Below are positions 1-8,714 of a stretch of 26,336 nt of DNA, piece by piece. The stretch covers positions 1-26,336 of the forward strand of contig JAYSWN010000132.1 in assembly GCA_043718025.1 (NCBI GenBank), given 5' to 3'. The position numbers and the translations under genes were made by a program. Numbering within the stretch: the first letter of the stretch is position 1; every line of letters begins with the position of its first letter. Origin of the DNA: Pseudomonadota bacterium. Its GTDB lineage: Bacteria > Bdellovibrionota > FAC87 > UBA2466. Under the pieces are notes generated by a model. It was not told where the DNA came from. It did not search any database and saw only the letters and a program-made list of their open reading frames with translations.

Positions 1-468
1 TTTCGCAGTTGGGAAACTTCGGTGGCAAAGATCGGCGTCTGTATCTGTTGGGATCAATGGTACCCGGAGGCGGCGCGCCTCACCGCCATGAGTGGCGCCG
101 AGATTCTTTTTTACCCCACGGCAATCGGCTGGCACCCCTCCGAAAAAGAGAAGTACGGAGTTGCTCAACACTCAGCTTGGGAAACCATTCAGCGAAGTCA
201 CGGCATTGCCAATGGCTGTTATGTGGCCGTGCCCAATCGCATGGGGCATGAGGCCCCGGCGGGTGGCGACGGGATTCAGTTTTGGGGCCAGAGTTTTGTG
301 AGCGACCCCTCGGGGCAGATCCTTAAGAAGGCCTCGGTTGATCGGGAAGAGACGCTGCTGGTTGAAGTCGATCTCAAACGAGTCGATGAAACCCGCACCC
401 ACTGGCCTTTTCTTCGCGACCGCCGCATCGATGCCTATGGCGATATCACCAAACGGTTGATCGACTAG
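1..468 (+). CDS. aguB: Carbon-nitrogen hydrolase, N-carbamoylputrescine amidase (5'-truncated by window edge)
   Basis: Frame is open from base 1 (FRSWETSVAKIGV...). Nitrilase-family catalytic Cys motif ICWDQWYPEAAR, plus YPTAIGW, FWGQSF and C-terminal WPFLRDRRIDAY. Its TAG (466-468) overlaps the GTG of the agmatine deiminase gene. Confidence 0.9.
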   Translation, partial: FRSWETSVAKIGVCICWDQWYPEAARLTAMSGAEILFYPTAIGWHPSEKEKYGVAQHSAWETIQRSHGIANGCYVAVPNRMGHEAPAGGDGIQFWGQSFVSDPSGQILKKASVDREETLLVEVDLKRVDETRTHWPFLRDRRIDAYGDITKRLID

Positions 469-1514
469 TGTTTAACTTAAACGGAAAAACACCCGCGCAA
501 CTTGGCTACCGAATGCCGGCCGAGTGGGAACAGCACTCGGCCACTTGGTTGTCGTGGCCACGACGTGAAGGCATCAGTTTTCCCGACGCTTACGACGCCG
601 TCTTGCCGGCGTTGGTAAATTTAGCGACCGGAATTTCTCAATACGAAATGGTTTGTATTAACGTTGAAAGTGCGGGGCGCGAAAAAGAGGTGCGGGGCTA
701 CCTCGGTGACAAACTCAATTCCAATATTAAATTTTTTCACGTGGCGATCAACGAGCCGTGGTGCCGAGACCACGGCCCAATTTTTTTAAAGCGCGACGGC
801 GCCGACCCTCTGTTAATTTTGGACTGGGGTTACAATGCCTGGGGTGGCAAGTACCCCCCCTATGATTTAGACGACAAAGTTCCGACTGAAATCGGAAAAT
901 TACTTTCCCTCCCGGTGATTCATCCAAGCATGATTCTCGAAGGCGGATCTATTGAGGTCAACGGCAGTGGTACGTTGATTACGACGGAGAGCTGCCTGCT
1001 TAATCCCAACCGCAACCCTACTTTTAGTAAGCAACAGATCGAACAGCGGCTAAAAGACTATTTGGGCGTGACCAATATTTTGTGGCTGGGGGATGGCATC
1101 GAAGGCGACGATACCGACGGACACATTGATGACCTCACCCGCTTCGTGAATCGCCACACGGTGGTCACCGTAGTGGAAGACGACCCTTCCGACGTCAACT
1201 ACCACGCCCTGCAAGATAACTTACGGCGCTTAAAAACACTGCGCCTCGAAGACGGACGGCCGCTCGAAATTGTAACCCTGCCCATGCCCAACGCCGTGGT
1301 GCAAGAAGAGATGCGTCTGCCCGCCAGTTACGCCAATTTCTATATCGCCAATTCTGTGGTGCTCATGCCGATCTTTGGCGATAGCAATGATGACGTGGCG
1401 GTCGATATTTTGGCCAAACTGTTTCCGACGCGAAAGATTTTGCCCATTAACTGCCGAAAACTGGTGTGGGGCCTCGGCACGTTTCACTGCTTAACCCAAC
1501 AGCAACCGGCCTAA
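468..1514 (+). CDS. aguA: Agmatine deiminase (peptidyl-arginine deiminase family)
   Basis: Motifs RMPAEWE, WCRDHGP, NAWGGKY, LEGGSIEVNG, LLNPNRNP, DDTDGHID, ASYANFY and C-terminal GTFHCLTQQQP with the catalytic Cys; coupled to aguB. Confidence 0.95.
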   Translation: MFNLNGKTPAQLGYRMPAEWEQHSATWLSWPRREGISFPDAYDAVLPALVNLATGISQYEMVCINVESAGREKEVRGYLGDKLNSNIKFFHVAINEPWCRDHGPIFLKRDGADPLLILDWGYNAWGGKYPPYDLDDKVPTEIGKLLSLPVIHPSMILEGGSIEVNGSGTLITTESCLLNPNRNPTFSKQQIEQRLKDYLGVTNILWLGDGIEGDDTDGHIDDLTRFVNRHTVVTVVEDDPSDVNYHALQDNLRRLKTLRLEDGRPLEIVTLPMPNAVVQEEMRLPASYANFYIANSVVLMPIFGDSNDDVAVDILAKLFPTRKILPINCRKLVWGLGTFHCLTQQQPA

Positions 1515-1515
1515 T

Positions 1516-1650
1516 TCAAAAAAAAGAGCGGAGCCAAACCATTTGGACTCCGCCCATGGTGTGAAACCGTTAAATTCGTTTCGCCCACGCCCGATTTAAC
1601 GGGCGGCGTAGGCTCAGATATTTCAATCAGACATCGCGCGTTAACACCAG
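1516..1650 (-). ncRNA. Putative structured small RNA (~135 nt), family not recognised
   Basis: TACAAT -10-like hexamer (1663-1658), closing stem UGGUGU/ACACCA, internal hairpin GCCUAC-GCC-GCCCG-UUAAAU-CGGGC-GUGGGC, downstream AUUUAACGG complementary to the loop region, then a terminator. No credible ORF inside. Confidence 0.45.
1518..1553 (-). terminator. Intrinsic terminator oriented for a minus-strand transcript
   Basis: Minus strand reads GCGGAG-T-CCAAA-TGG-TTTGG-CTCCGC followed by TCTTTTTTTT. No U-tract follows the hairpin on the + strand. Confidence 0.75.
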
Positions 1651-1667
1651 TTTGTACATTGTACAAA
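1651..1667. promoter_or_regulatory. Palindromic operator-like site TTTGTAC-ATT-GTACAAA
   Basis: Perfect 8-1-8 palindrome in the AT-rich intergenic region upstream of the TetR gene, overlapping a minus-strand TACAAT; second copy at 22448-22464. Confidence 0.7.
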
Positions 1668-1785
1668 ATATATTTTACGCAAAAGTAAGGTCCTGTCTTT
1701 ATAAGTTTTAATTAACCCCATACAATGTTAACGGGCCGTCCCCCTTGCGCCCAATTTTTTACAACGGTATGGTTCGCGGCCTCAT

Positions 1786-2442
1786 ATGAAAAAAACTGCT
1801 TCTCCCAGTCCACTCGTCTTCCAGGTATTTCACACTCAACATGGAAAGACCGAAGAACGAAAAATCCGCATCATGGAAGCGGTAATCGACCTTTTGGCCA
1901 CCGAAGGCTTTGATAACACTACGTTCGAGTCGATTGGTAAGCGTGTAAAAATGCAGCGCACGCATGTGAACTACTATTTTTCGAGCCGAATTGAGCTGGT
2001 GAAAACGGCTATCCGCTACGCCGTAGCGTTGGGGCAGCAGATCACCATTAGCCACGTGCAAAAGGCCAGTACGTGGAGAGAACAGCTGACCGCGGTGATC
2101 GAAGGCCCGTTCGAGTGGGTAACCCGCTACCCCAAGCACACCGCCGTGATGGCGCTTTTTTATCAGCTCTGCTCTTACGACGGTGAGTTCCGTGCACTGC
2201 AAAATGTAATTCGGGCCGGGGGGGAAGACCGTTTGGCGGCCTGTTTCCAGGTGCCAATTGAAAGTGGAAAGCTAAATAAAAAGCAGGCGCGCGATCTTGC
2301 CCGCACCATTCAAGCGCTAATGACCGGGGCGCTGGTTAATAGTTTTGCTTCGGATTATCCTTTGGAGTTGCCCGCGCTCAAAGCCCAGACCGTAAAGACC
2401 GCGTTTGAGCTACTAGAGTTTCACATGGCGAAAAACGCTTAG
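1786..2442 (+). CDS. TetR/AcrR-family transcriptional regulator
   Basis: N-terminal HTH signature RIMEAVIDLLATEGFDNTTFESIGKRVKMQRTHVNYYFSSRIEL; 218 aa with a helical C-terminal ligand-binding region. Confidence 0.92.
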   Translation: MKKTASPSPLVFQVFHTQHGKTEERKIRIMEAVIDLLATEGFDNTTFESIGKRVKMQRTHVNYYFSSRIELVKTAIRYAVALGQQITISHVQKASTWREQLTAVIEGPFEWVTRYPKHTAVMALFYQLCSYDGEFRALQNVIRAGGEDRLAACFQVPIESGKLNKKQARDLARTIQALMTGALVNSFASDYPLELPALKAQTVKTAFELLEFHMAKNA

Positions 2443-3605
2443 CGCTTCTTGTTTTTTTTCCTAAGCTTCGGAACCGGATGGTGAAGTTGCAGTAAGTCTT
2501 CAACGCAAGTGGCCGAGTGAAATTCCGCCGTCAGCTCGTCAGATTGCACCAACCAGCCGTGATGCTTCGTCTCGCCATCAAATAGTTTCGCGCGCATCTT
2601 AGCATCAACCTCTCTTACCTCCCCGAACATGAAATAGAGGTCACGAAATTTAGTGTGCACGTTGTTAAGCTTTTTCCAAACCTTAAAACCTAGTCTGGCG
2701 TAGTACCTCATCAGATCTTCTGAGTAGGCATCGAGCCAAAGGTGGGAGACGCGACGACCGTACCTATGGCACGCCGTTGCGGGAATCGGCGTGCCGTCCG
2801 GCCATGCGGTTAACTCTTTTGGAAATTTTTGAACTCCCCAGTCGAACATCTTGTGGTCGTGGCCGATTAGGTAGAGGTACTTAAAAAGCTTACGAAACGT
2901 GGCCGGGTCCATGCCGAAATTCTTGAGCTCGATATTCTCGCCCTCTAACCAGTAGTGAAACCGATCTGACTTCGGAAATCCCAGCCTATGAAACTCTGTC
3001 TGGTAGGCTTCGGCTCGAAAATCGGCAATTTGGCTCCACACAAAATTAGGCTCGGTCTGAGGAAATCCCACCCCATCGAACCCCTTATTCAAAAAGTGAT
3101 TCTCCGAGGTCAACCGGCCGTTGACGTCGCCGGTATCCACCCTTAAGAAGGCCAAAATTTTATCCAAGCGCCGGTGTTCGGTAATGACTACCGCCGAGGA
3201 CTTTCCGTCTGCCATCGACTCGAATTCCCGCATGCCCTCGGTAATTTCATCACCGGCATCGCCGTAAACTTTTGGGGTTGCCACCACCTGATCGAGGTAC
3301 CAGCTATAAGGTAACGTTAAGTATTTATTGAGGAAGACATCTGAATCGGAGTGAAAATTTTTAGCCATTAATTGAGCGAGTCCGTCGCCTTCGCCGTAAT
3401 AATTGGCGTAGTGATCGGCCAGAATCACGAGCACGGTGTACAGTTTTTGTTGGGGGCCTTCCCCGATTCTAAGCTCATACGGAATCACGTAGTGGCCCTT
3501 CGCCCCAGCACAAAAAAACCAAACTGGCAAAGCAAAGCGCCATAAGCCGGAGAAAAGCGCATTTTTCGTTCTAAAGGGGGGCACGCTTTGGGGTATATAA
3601 CGCAT
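2439..3605 (-). CDS. Hypothetical protein, possibly exported, with GNAT-like C-terminal motifs
   Basis: Long ORF. Start placed at ATG 3605 (MRYIPQ) to avoid overlapping the divergent gene. Hydrophobic N-terminal stretch LFSGLWRFALPVWFFCAGAKG; ILAFLRV, IELKNFGM and LMRYYARLGFK recall GNAT elements. Confidence 0.65.
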   Translation of the reverse strand: MRYIPQSVPPFRTKNALFSGLWRFALPVWFFCAGAKGHYVIPYELRIGEGPQQKLYTVLVILADHYANYYGEGDGLAQLMAKNFHSDSDVFLNKYLTLPYSWYLDQVVATPKVYGDAGDEITEGMREFESMADGKSSAVVITEHRRLDKILAFLRVDTGDVNGRLTSENHFLNKGFDGVGFPQTEPNFVWSQIADFRAEAYQTEFHRLGFPKSDRFHYWLEGENIELKNFGMDPATFRKLFKYLYLIGHDHKMFDWGVQKFPKELTAWPDGTPIPATACHRYGRRVSHLWLDAYSEDLMRYYARLGFKVWKKLNNVHTKFRDLYFMFGEVREVDAKMRAKLFDGETKHHGWLVQSDELTAEFHSATCVEDLLQLHHPVPKLRKKNKKR

Positions 3606-3627
3606 TGAGTTGCACCAGTGTGAAAAA

Positions 3628-6600
3628 ATGAACTTTACGGGAAATGGGCGTAAGCCTTTGGCATTGCTTTGCTTTTTTGCAGGCGCTTTTAACCTGCTGA
3701 CGGCGCACGCCTTCGCTCGAACTTTCATTCCTTGCCGAGCCCTTTTAGAAGCTAACGCCGAAGGGTTAAGTTATCTCCCACCACGCTCAAGTAGCGCTTT
3801 AGAGAACCTGTTTCGCATGGTGATTCTGCCGGTGTTGGACGAAAGCGGCCGCCACGACCACGCCCAGATCAGCGTAAACAACCGAGCCCGAACCCTCACC
3901 ATAAAAAGCCCACTGGGCAGCTACACGATCCGCCTCACCGACAAGCCAACGGAGGCTTACCCGCGGCTGGGTCTGCCCGAAATTTCCATAGCGCCTGAGG
4001 GCTTAAGCTCGGAGATAATCTTTGATACCAAGACGCTCTATCAAGATTTAGAGCGCAGCCAGGGGGTCTTTCGCTCGGCCCTGCGCGCCGATTTTTACCT
4101 GCACCCTCACCTGCGATCGAATGAGAACCGCAGTAAATCCATTCTTTCTCACCCCCAGGGCATTGCATTGGCGGCGTTGATGGAGATGGAGAGCCAAGTA
4201 AAAGGCGGAAACGGTATCAAACGCGGTTTAGTCATGCCGGTGGGAATGGGAAAAACCGTGGTGGCCGCGAAATACGTGGCCGCCGTTGGCGGCTATAACC
4301 AGTCGATGGGCCATGAAGGCTGGAAGAAAAAACCCAAGACACTTTTTGTGGTGCAGAACAACCGCGTGCTCGACCGAGCGGTAGAAACGTTCTCCTCCGA
4401 ACTGGACCTTAAAAATATAGCGCTTATCTACGACGAAGGCGCCACCGCGCCAATCGACCCCGATTGCGAAATGGTGGCGATCACCCGTACCAGCTATTTC
4501 AATCGCATGTCCGAAATTCACCAGTTGATCACCGCCGATCCTGACCAACCATGGGTTATCGTATTCGACGAGGCGCATCACCTGGGCACGGAGGACGGCG
4601 AGTTCGACGACATCACCACCGATCTTCACAAAATAGCGGATGCCCGCCACCGAGTGTTGCTACTCACGCCAACTCCGTGGCATCCCGACGAGCCTCTGAT
4701 TACTGGCTACCTTGGCCAAAATATTCACGGCGCTTTTCTAAACGCCGAAGAGCAGCTTGATCTGCAGAACGGTCGTAAGCTTCCCGAACTCTGCCGACTG
4801 CAATACTACCGCGGCATGCAACGGGGATACCTATCCCCCCTCTACCACCTGAATTTGGTTCGTAACGTGGATGGCATTCCGACCGAAGAACTACTCACCG
4901 CGAGTGTTGCCGACGAAACCACGCGAACGCGCACGCTCACCCGCTACCGCAGCCTTCTTCACGACGTGAGCAAACGCATCAAGAACAATCGGGTTTCGGG
5001 CATGCCTGACCGGGCGGTAATTTACGTGGATTCACAAAGGCGCGCCGACATCTACGCCGCCGAACTGGCTGAGCTCTTAGGTGAAGAGGTTCGTTCTCTG
5101 CACAGCGGCCCCGGTGTCGACCCCGAAACTTTTGCTTGGTTCTCCGATAAAGGAAAGTTCGAAACGCCCGACGACTTGAAGAAACCTAAGTATCTCGTGG
5201 TTGTGGACATGTTCAATGAAGGCGTCGACATTCCTAGGATCAACCTCATCGTGCTTTTACGCCGGTACGGCGAAGACATGGGTGGCTTTCGAAATTTGAT
5301 TCAGCAGTTGGGCCGCGGTAGCCGCAATTTTTCGATCGACTCTTTTTTCAAGCTCCATCTGCGGCTACTTGACTACTCGCTTTACAGCCGTTGGTTACGC
5401 GACGGGCTGGGCCAAATTTCGGTGGAGCCACGCGACTTTCACGGCCAGCGCCTTAACCGGCCGCCCGGATACCTGATGATCGACGATGAAGTGATGGACG
5501 CCCTTCACTTTCAACTCGAGTACCATAAATTATTTCCGCGCGACGGCACTTTTGTTCAAGAGTTTCCCTTTTTTGATCTCGAAGTGTTCAAAGCTCAGTC
5601 GTTACGGAGTTTACATGAGCTGGCCATCAGTTACGCCGTGCCGAAATTTGGAAGCGAATTCGGTGCCAAAAAATTGATGCTTAAGGTTGCGAGTTTTCTT
5701 CCGACGAGTCCCGAAAAATCCAAACTGATCGAACAGCTTGAAGACGATGCCTATTGGGGGTGGAAGGCTAGAGATGGCGTCGAGGCAAAGCAAGGCAAAT
5801 CGGAGAGTGACGCCGCGGTTCAGAGAATCTTTCGCGCGTTGTACCGCATTGCCGCGTTACAGAAACTGACGAACGACGGAAGAGATCTCGAGCTCTCAAA
5901 AATTCATGAAACTTCAGAGCTTGAAGCGCTACTCGATCAGATTGATCCCCAACGCGTGAAATCGCTTACTCAAGTCGAACATAAACTACTCTTTCTCGAT
6001 AAGGATCGGGGGGCGTGGCCCCTAATCGCAAGCGAAGCTAGTGAGCGCCATTTAGGGAGGGTTTCGGATCCAAACGGGCTTAGAATCTTAATCGAGGCCT
6101 TGGCCCACAGCCTGCCAAAATCTCCGGAGCGAACCCAATTACTAAAACGCCTAGATGACAAAGGGGATCTAGCGATAAATTCTGACGACGGTCAGCGACT
6201 AAATAGTAGCGGCTACGCAGAACTTATTGCCGCAAGCCAAGAAGACGCCGTAAGGGTCAGGGGCAGCCTAAACCGCTGTTACCGCGCCCTCTACGCGATT
6301 GCCCTGATTTTGAAGCAAACTCCGGCCGGTGCCGATCTTGATCTAACCGCACTCCACGAACGTGCCGGAATCGAAAAGCTACTCAATCTCCTAGACCTCA
6401 AGCGCACTCGCATTGGAGTGGTCTTCACGCCCGAATTAAAAGACGTGTTTCTGAACGCCGATGGAGGCGGATTGCGAGTCTTTGCCTACTACGCGGCGAA
6501 TCTCGGAGTGTCCGACTTTTCGCGAAATCACGGCAGTACAAAAACTCTGTGGGCGCTGGCCGCGATATTGCCGGATTCGAAAGACCGCACCAACTTGATT

Positions 6601-7209
6601 GTAGATCTTAATGACATGAACAAATGGAAATGGGGGCCAAAAGACGGGGCGCAAATGACCAGCGAAGGATACGAAACCGCCTCGCGCCGTTTTTTCTTGG
6701 GCCTCTGTCGAATTGCGATGGTTCACAACCGCCTCAACCCCCATTTACACATTGACCTGAAAACACTTCACACGCGCGACGAAGCAGAAAAGTTTTATAA
6801 CTACTTGATTCTGGGTTTTGATCTTCCCCGCGCCACCAAGAAAGCCCTGGCCGACTTTTCGACCATCGCCGTTCCCCTTATCGAAGCACGGGCCAGAAGC
6901 TTAGGTATTTCGGCCTACGTTACCAATTACGGCCCCAAACGGATGGTACTGCAATTGGCAAAGCGGCTCGAAGAAAAATCTCCCGGCACGGTGCCACCTA
7001 AAGTTGTCGACGCACTAAATAATGACTTGCTGTGGGGCTGGACAAAGGGGCATGGGCAGATGCTTAAGAGCGGAACCAGCGAACGCTCGTTGCTAACCAC
7101 GTACCGAGGGTTTGCAACCATTGCGTACTTTATTAAGACTGAAGGAATAGAACTCCGGCTCGATGATAGAGACGACATAAACCTATTACTCGATCAGGCT
7201 AAACCTTAA
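3628..7209 (+). CDS. SF2 DEAH-box helicase/ATPase (ResIII-like core) with N-terminal signal-like peptide and four C-terminal repeats
   Basis: Walker A MPVGMGKT (4234-4257), VFDEAHH (DEAH at 4567-4578), motif III LTPTP, motif V VDMFNEGVDIP, motif VI IQQLGRGSR. Start taken at ATG 3628 rather than TTG 3610. Confidence 0.88.
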   Translation: MNFTGNGRKPLALLCFFAGAFNLLTAHAFARTFIPCRALLEANAEGLSYLPPRSSSALENLFRMVILPVLDESGRHDHAQISVNNRARTLTIKSPLGSYTIRLTDKPTEAYPRLGLPEISIAPEGLSSEIIFDTKTLYQDLERSQGVFRSALRADFYLHPHLRSNENRSKSILSHPQGIALAALMEMESQVKGGNGIKRGLVMPVGMGKTVVAAKYVAAVGGYNQSMGHEGWKKKPKTLFVVQNNRVLDRAVETFSSELDLKNIALIYDEGATAPIDPDCEMVAITRTSYFNRMSEIHQLITADPDQPWVIVFDEAHHLGTEDGEFDDITTDLHKIADARHRVLLLTPTPWHPDEPLITGYLGQNIHGAFLNAEEQLDLQNGRKLPELCRLQYYRGMQRGYLSPLYHLNLVRNVDGIPTEELLTASVADETTRTRTLTRYRSLLHDVSKRIKNNRVSGMPDRAVIYVDSQRRADIYAAELAELLGEEVRSLHSGPGVDPETFAWFSDKGKFETPDDLKKPKYLVVVDMFNEGVDIPRINLIVLLRRYGEDMGGFRNLIQQLGRGSRNFSIDSFFKLHLRLLDYSLYSRWLRDGLGQISVEPRDFHGQRLNRPPGYLMIDDEVMDALHFQLEYHKLFPRDGTFVQEFPFFDLEVFKAQSLRSLHELAISYAVPKFGSEFGAKKLMLKVASFLPTSPEKSKLIEQLEDDAYWGWKARDGVEAKQGKSESDAAVQRIFRALYRIAALQKLTNDGRDLELSKIHETSELEALLDQIDPQRVKSLTQVEHKLLFLDKDRGAWPLIASEASERHLGRVSDPNGLRILIEALAHSLPKSPERTQLLKRLDDKGDLAINSDDGQRLNSSGYAELIAASQEDAVRVRGSLNRCYRALYAIALILKQTPAGADLDLTALHERAGIEKLLNLLDLKRTRIGVVFTPELKDVFLNADGGGLRVFAYYAANLGVSDFSRNHGSTKTLWALAAILPDSKDRTNLIVDLNDMNKWKWGPKDGAQMTSEGYETASRRFFLGLCRIAMVHNRLNPHLHIDLKTLHTRDEAEKFYNYLILGFDLPRATKKALADFSTIAVPLIEARARSLGISAYVTNYGPKRMVLQLAKRLEEKSPGTVPPKVVDALNNDLLWGWTKGHGQMLKSGTSERSLLTTYRGFATIAYFIKTEGIELRLDDRDDINLLLDQAKP
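5587..7206 (+). repeat. Four degenerate ~120-140 aa protein repeats in the helicase C-terminus
   Basis: Recurring pattern G..K/R.(L/M)..(L/V)A..LP.S.(E/D)(R/K)..L...L.D...W.W...DG......R.(Y/F)RAL..IA......L.L..LH......LL, starting near 5587, 5992, 6448 and 6856. Confidence 0.7.
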
Positions 7210-7276
7210 CCAAACTAGTGCCCGGCGTCGAAGGTGTGTGGTAAAATTTAGTTTCACCCTTACCCAGGATCTTACT

Positions 7277-8653
7277 GTGAGAACTAACGCCCTAATCTAC
7301 TTTATCGGCGCAGCCATCCTGACTTTGACGGGATGCACCAATTCAAATGATGCCGTTGTCGAGAATTTACCGGACACTAAAGCCTTTAAGGTGACCCACA
7401 ATCTAGAACTAAGCGATATGACGGTGGAGCGCGAAATTGCCTCGACCAATAAACAGACCGAGCTCAATGCAATTTTTGCGCAAAAGACCCAGTACGACTT
7501 TAACTACGTGCCCGCCGGCCAGACCAGCCCGATTGTAGAGTTTGACGTTTATTCTCTCCACAAGGACGAGATAAAAATTTCCGGCATTACGATCTCGGGC
7601 AAAAATGCCAACGAGTTTTTGTTGCTAGAGCAGCCGGATTATCCGAGTTCATTAAAAAAAGAGTCTTCCCTTCGCGCCAAGGTGATGTTCTCTCCGCGCA
7701 ACAGTGGACAAAAGAGCGCCACCTTGTTTGTGAAATCTGAAAATCATGGAGCCTTTCGCGTGGAAATGAGTGGGAATGGCGGCGGCTCGCCGGAATTAAA
7801 TTTGGCGTTAATTCGGCCCGAGGGCGAATACCCCATTCCCAACCAATTTACGATGCGCGTACTTGAGCCAACCAAGCCTTTGGCCAGGGGAATTTGTTCC
7901 GAAACACCGCAAAAATTTACCTACCAGATCAGCAATCCGGTAAACCTCCCCCTCACCATTCAAACCGCCAAACTAGAAGGAGTTCACAACGCGATGTTTC
8001 AGCTTTCCGGCGCGATGAAATTTCCACTTACGGTGGCGCCCAACGGCAAAACCGCCATCACCGTTGAATTTCCGGGGGGGCATCCTGAAGGGTACTACCA
8101 AACTGCTTTAATTCTCGAATCAAACGATTTGAACGAAAGTATGTACACGGTGCCGATTAAGACTTACGCCCTGGCACCTACCCCCTGTTTTCAGTTAGCG
8201 GTAACGTCGAAGCCCAATGAAGTGCCCTCATTTCAGCCACTCTACAAAAAACCGCGCCTGGCACTGGGCGTGATTGCGGCCGAGACATCGTCGCAATTCG
8301 CGGTACAGTTAAAAAACACAGGCTTCGCGCCGCTACAAATCGCGGCGGACAAAGTCAGTTACGTCCTGACGCAAAAACCCTCGCCCATCTCAATGCTCCT
8401 ACAAATTCCGCCCACGGGAATCAGCCTTGCCCCGGGCGAGTTGTTAAACATACCCTTAAGCATTTCCACCACCGCCCAACGCGTTCCCTTTTCTGCCGAA
8501 CTGCGTTTTGCTTTGGTAACGACTTCAGCCGATCCCACTGCCGCTACGGTTGAAACGGTGTTTTCCACCACTCTTGAGGGCGTGGTGGGAACCCCGGCGC
8601 CCGCGCAAGACCCTTCGAATCTCGCCATCAAGCAGACCGAGGCCGCTAAGTAG
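7277..8653 (+). CDS. Predicted lipoprotein with tandem Ig-like (ASH / choice-of-anchor D type) domains
   Basis: Lipobox ILTLTG-C. Three beta-rich units with patterns such as ISNPVNLPLTI, LKNTGFAPLQI, PLTVAPNGKTAITVEF, ISLAPGE, ATLFVKSEN and TALILESND. GTG 7277 follows CAGGA; alternative start 7238. Confidence 0.75.
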   Translation: MRTNALIYFIGAAILTLTGCTNSNDAVVENLPDTKAFKVTHNLELSDMTVEREIASTNKQTELNAIFAQKTQYDFNYVPAGQTSPIVEFDVYSLHKDEIKISGITISGKNANEFLLLEQPDYPSSLKKESSLRAKVMFSPRNSGQKSATLFVKSENHGAFRVEMSGNGGGSPELNLALIRPEGEYPIPNQFTMRVLEPTKPLARGICSETPQKFTYQISNPVNLPLTIQTAKLEGVHNAMFQLSGAMKFPLTVAPNGKTAITVEFPGGHPEGYYQTALILESNDLNESMYTVPIKTYALAPTPCFQLAVTSKPNEVPSFQPLYKKPRLALGVIAAETSSQFAVQLKNTGFAPLQIAADKVSYVLTQKPSPISMLLQIPPTGISLAPGELLNIPLSISTTAQRVPFSAELRFALVTTSADPTAATVETVFSTTLEGVVGTPAPAQDPSNLAIKQTEAAK

Positions 8654-8678
8654 ACTTCTCCACATTCTCCACCGAGGA

Positions 8679-8701
8679 CGAGTGCCCGGTCACGGCGCTC
8701 G
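8679..8701. terminator. GC-rich hairpin between convergent genes
   Basis: CGAGTGCC-CGGTCAC-GGCGCTCG, an 8-bp stem with one G-U pair. No U-tract, so its function is uncertain. Confidence 0.35.
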
Positions 8702-8714
8702 CCCCACGATAGTG

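Noticed and set aside
1557..1635. Hammerhead ribozyme on the minus strand (CUGA...GA-stem-GAAAC)
   Set aside because: GA-stem II-GAAA is present, but CUGA is separated from GA by 11 nt instead of 1, and stems I and III do not form convincingly. Kept only as an unclassified structured RNA.
1759..2202. 147-aa minus-strand ORF and the other short ORFs nested in longer genes
   Set aside because: Antisense or alternate-frame shadows of well-supported genes, with no recognisable motifs.
3628..7209. Type I/III restriction-modification or other defence system
   Set aside because: No adjacent methyltransferase or specificity gene, and no PD-(D/E)xK, HNH or PLD nuclease motif that I could identify.
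8670..8712. Guanidine-III-like riboswitch (GGACGAG...CGGCGC)
   Set aside because: It lies between two convergent 3' ends with no downstream gene to control; a simple hairpin explains it.
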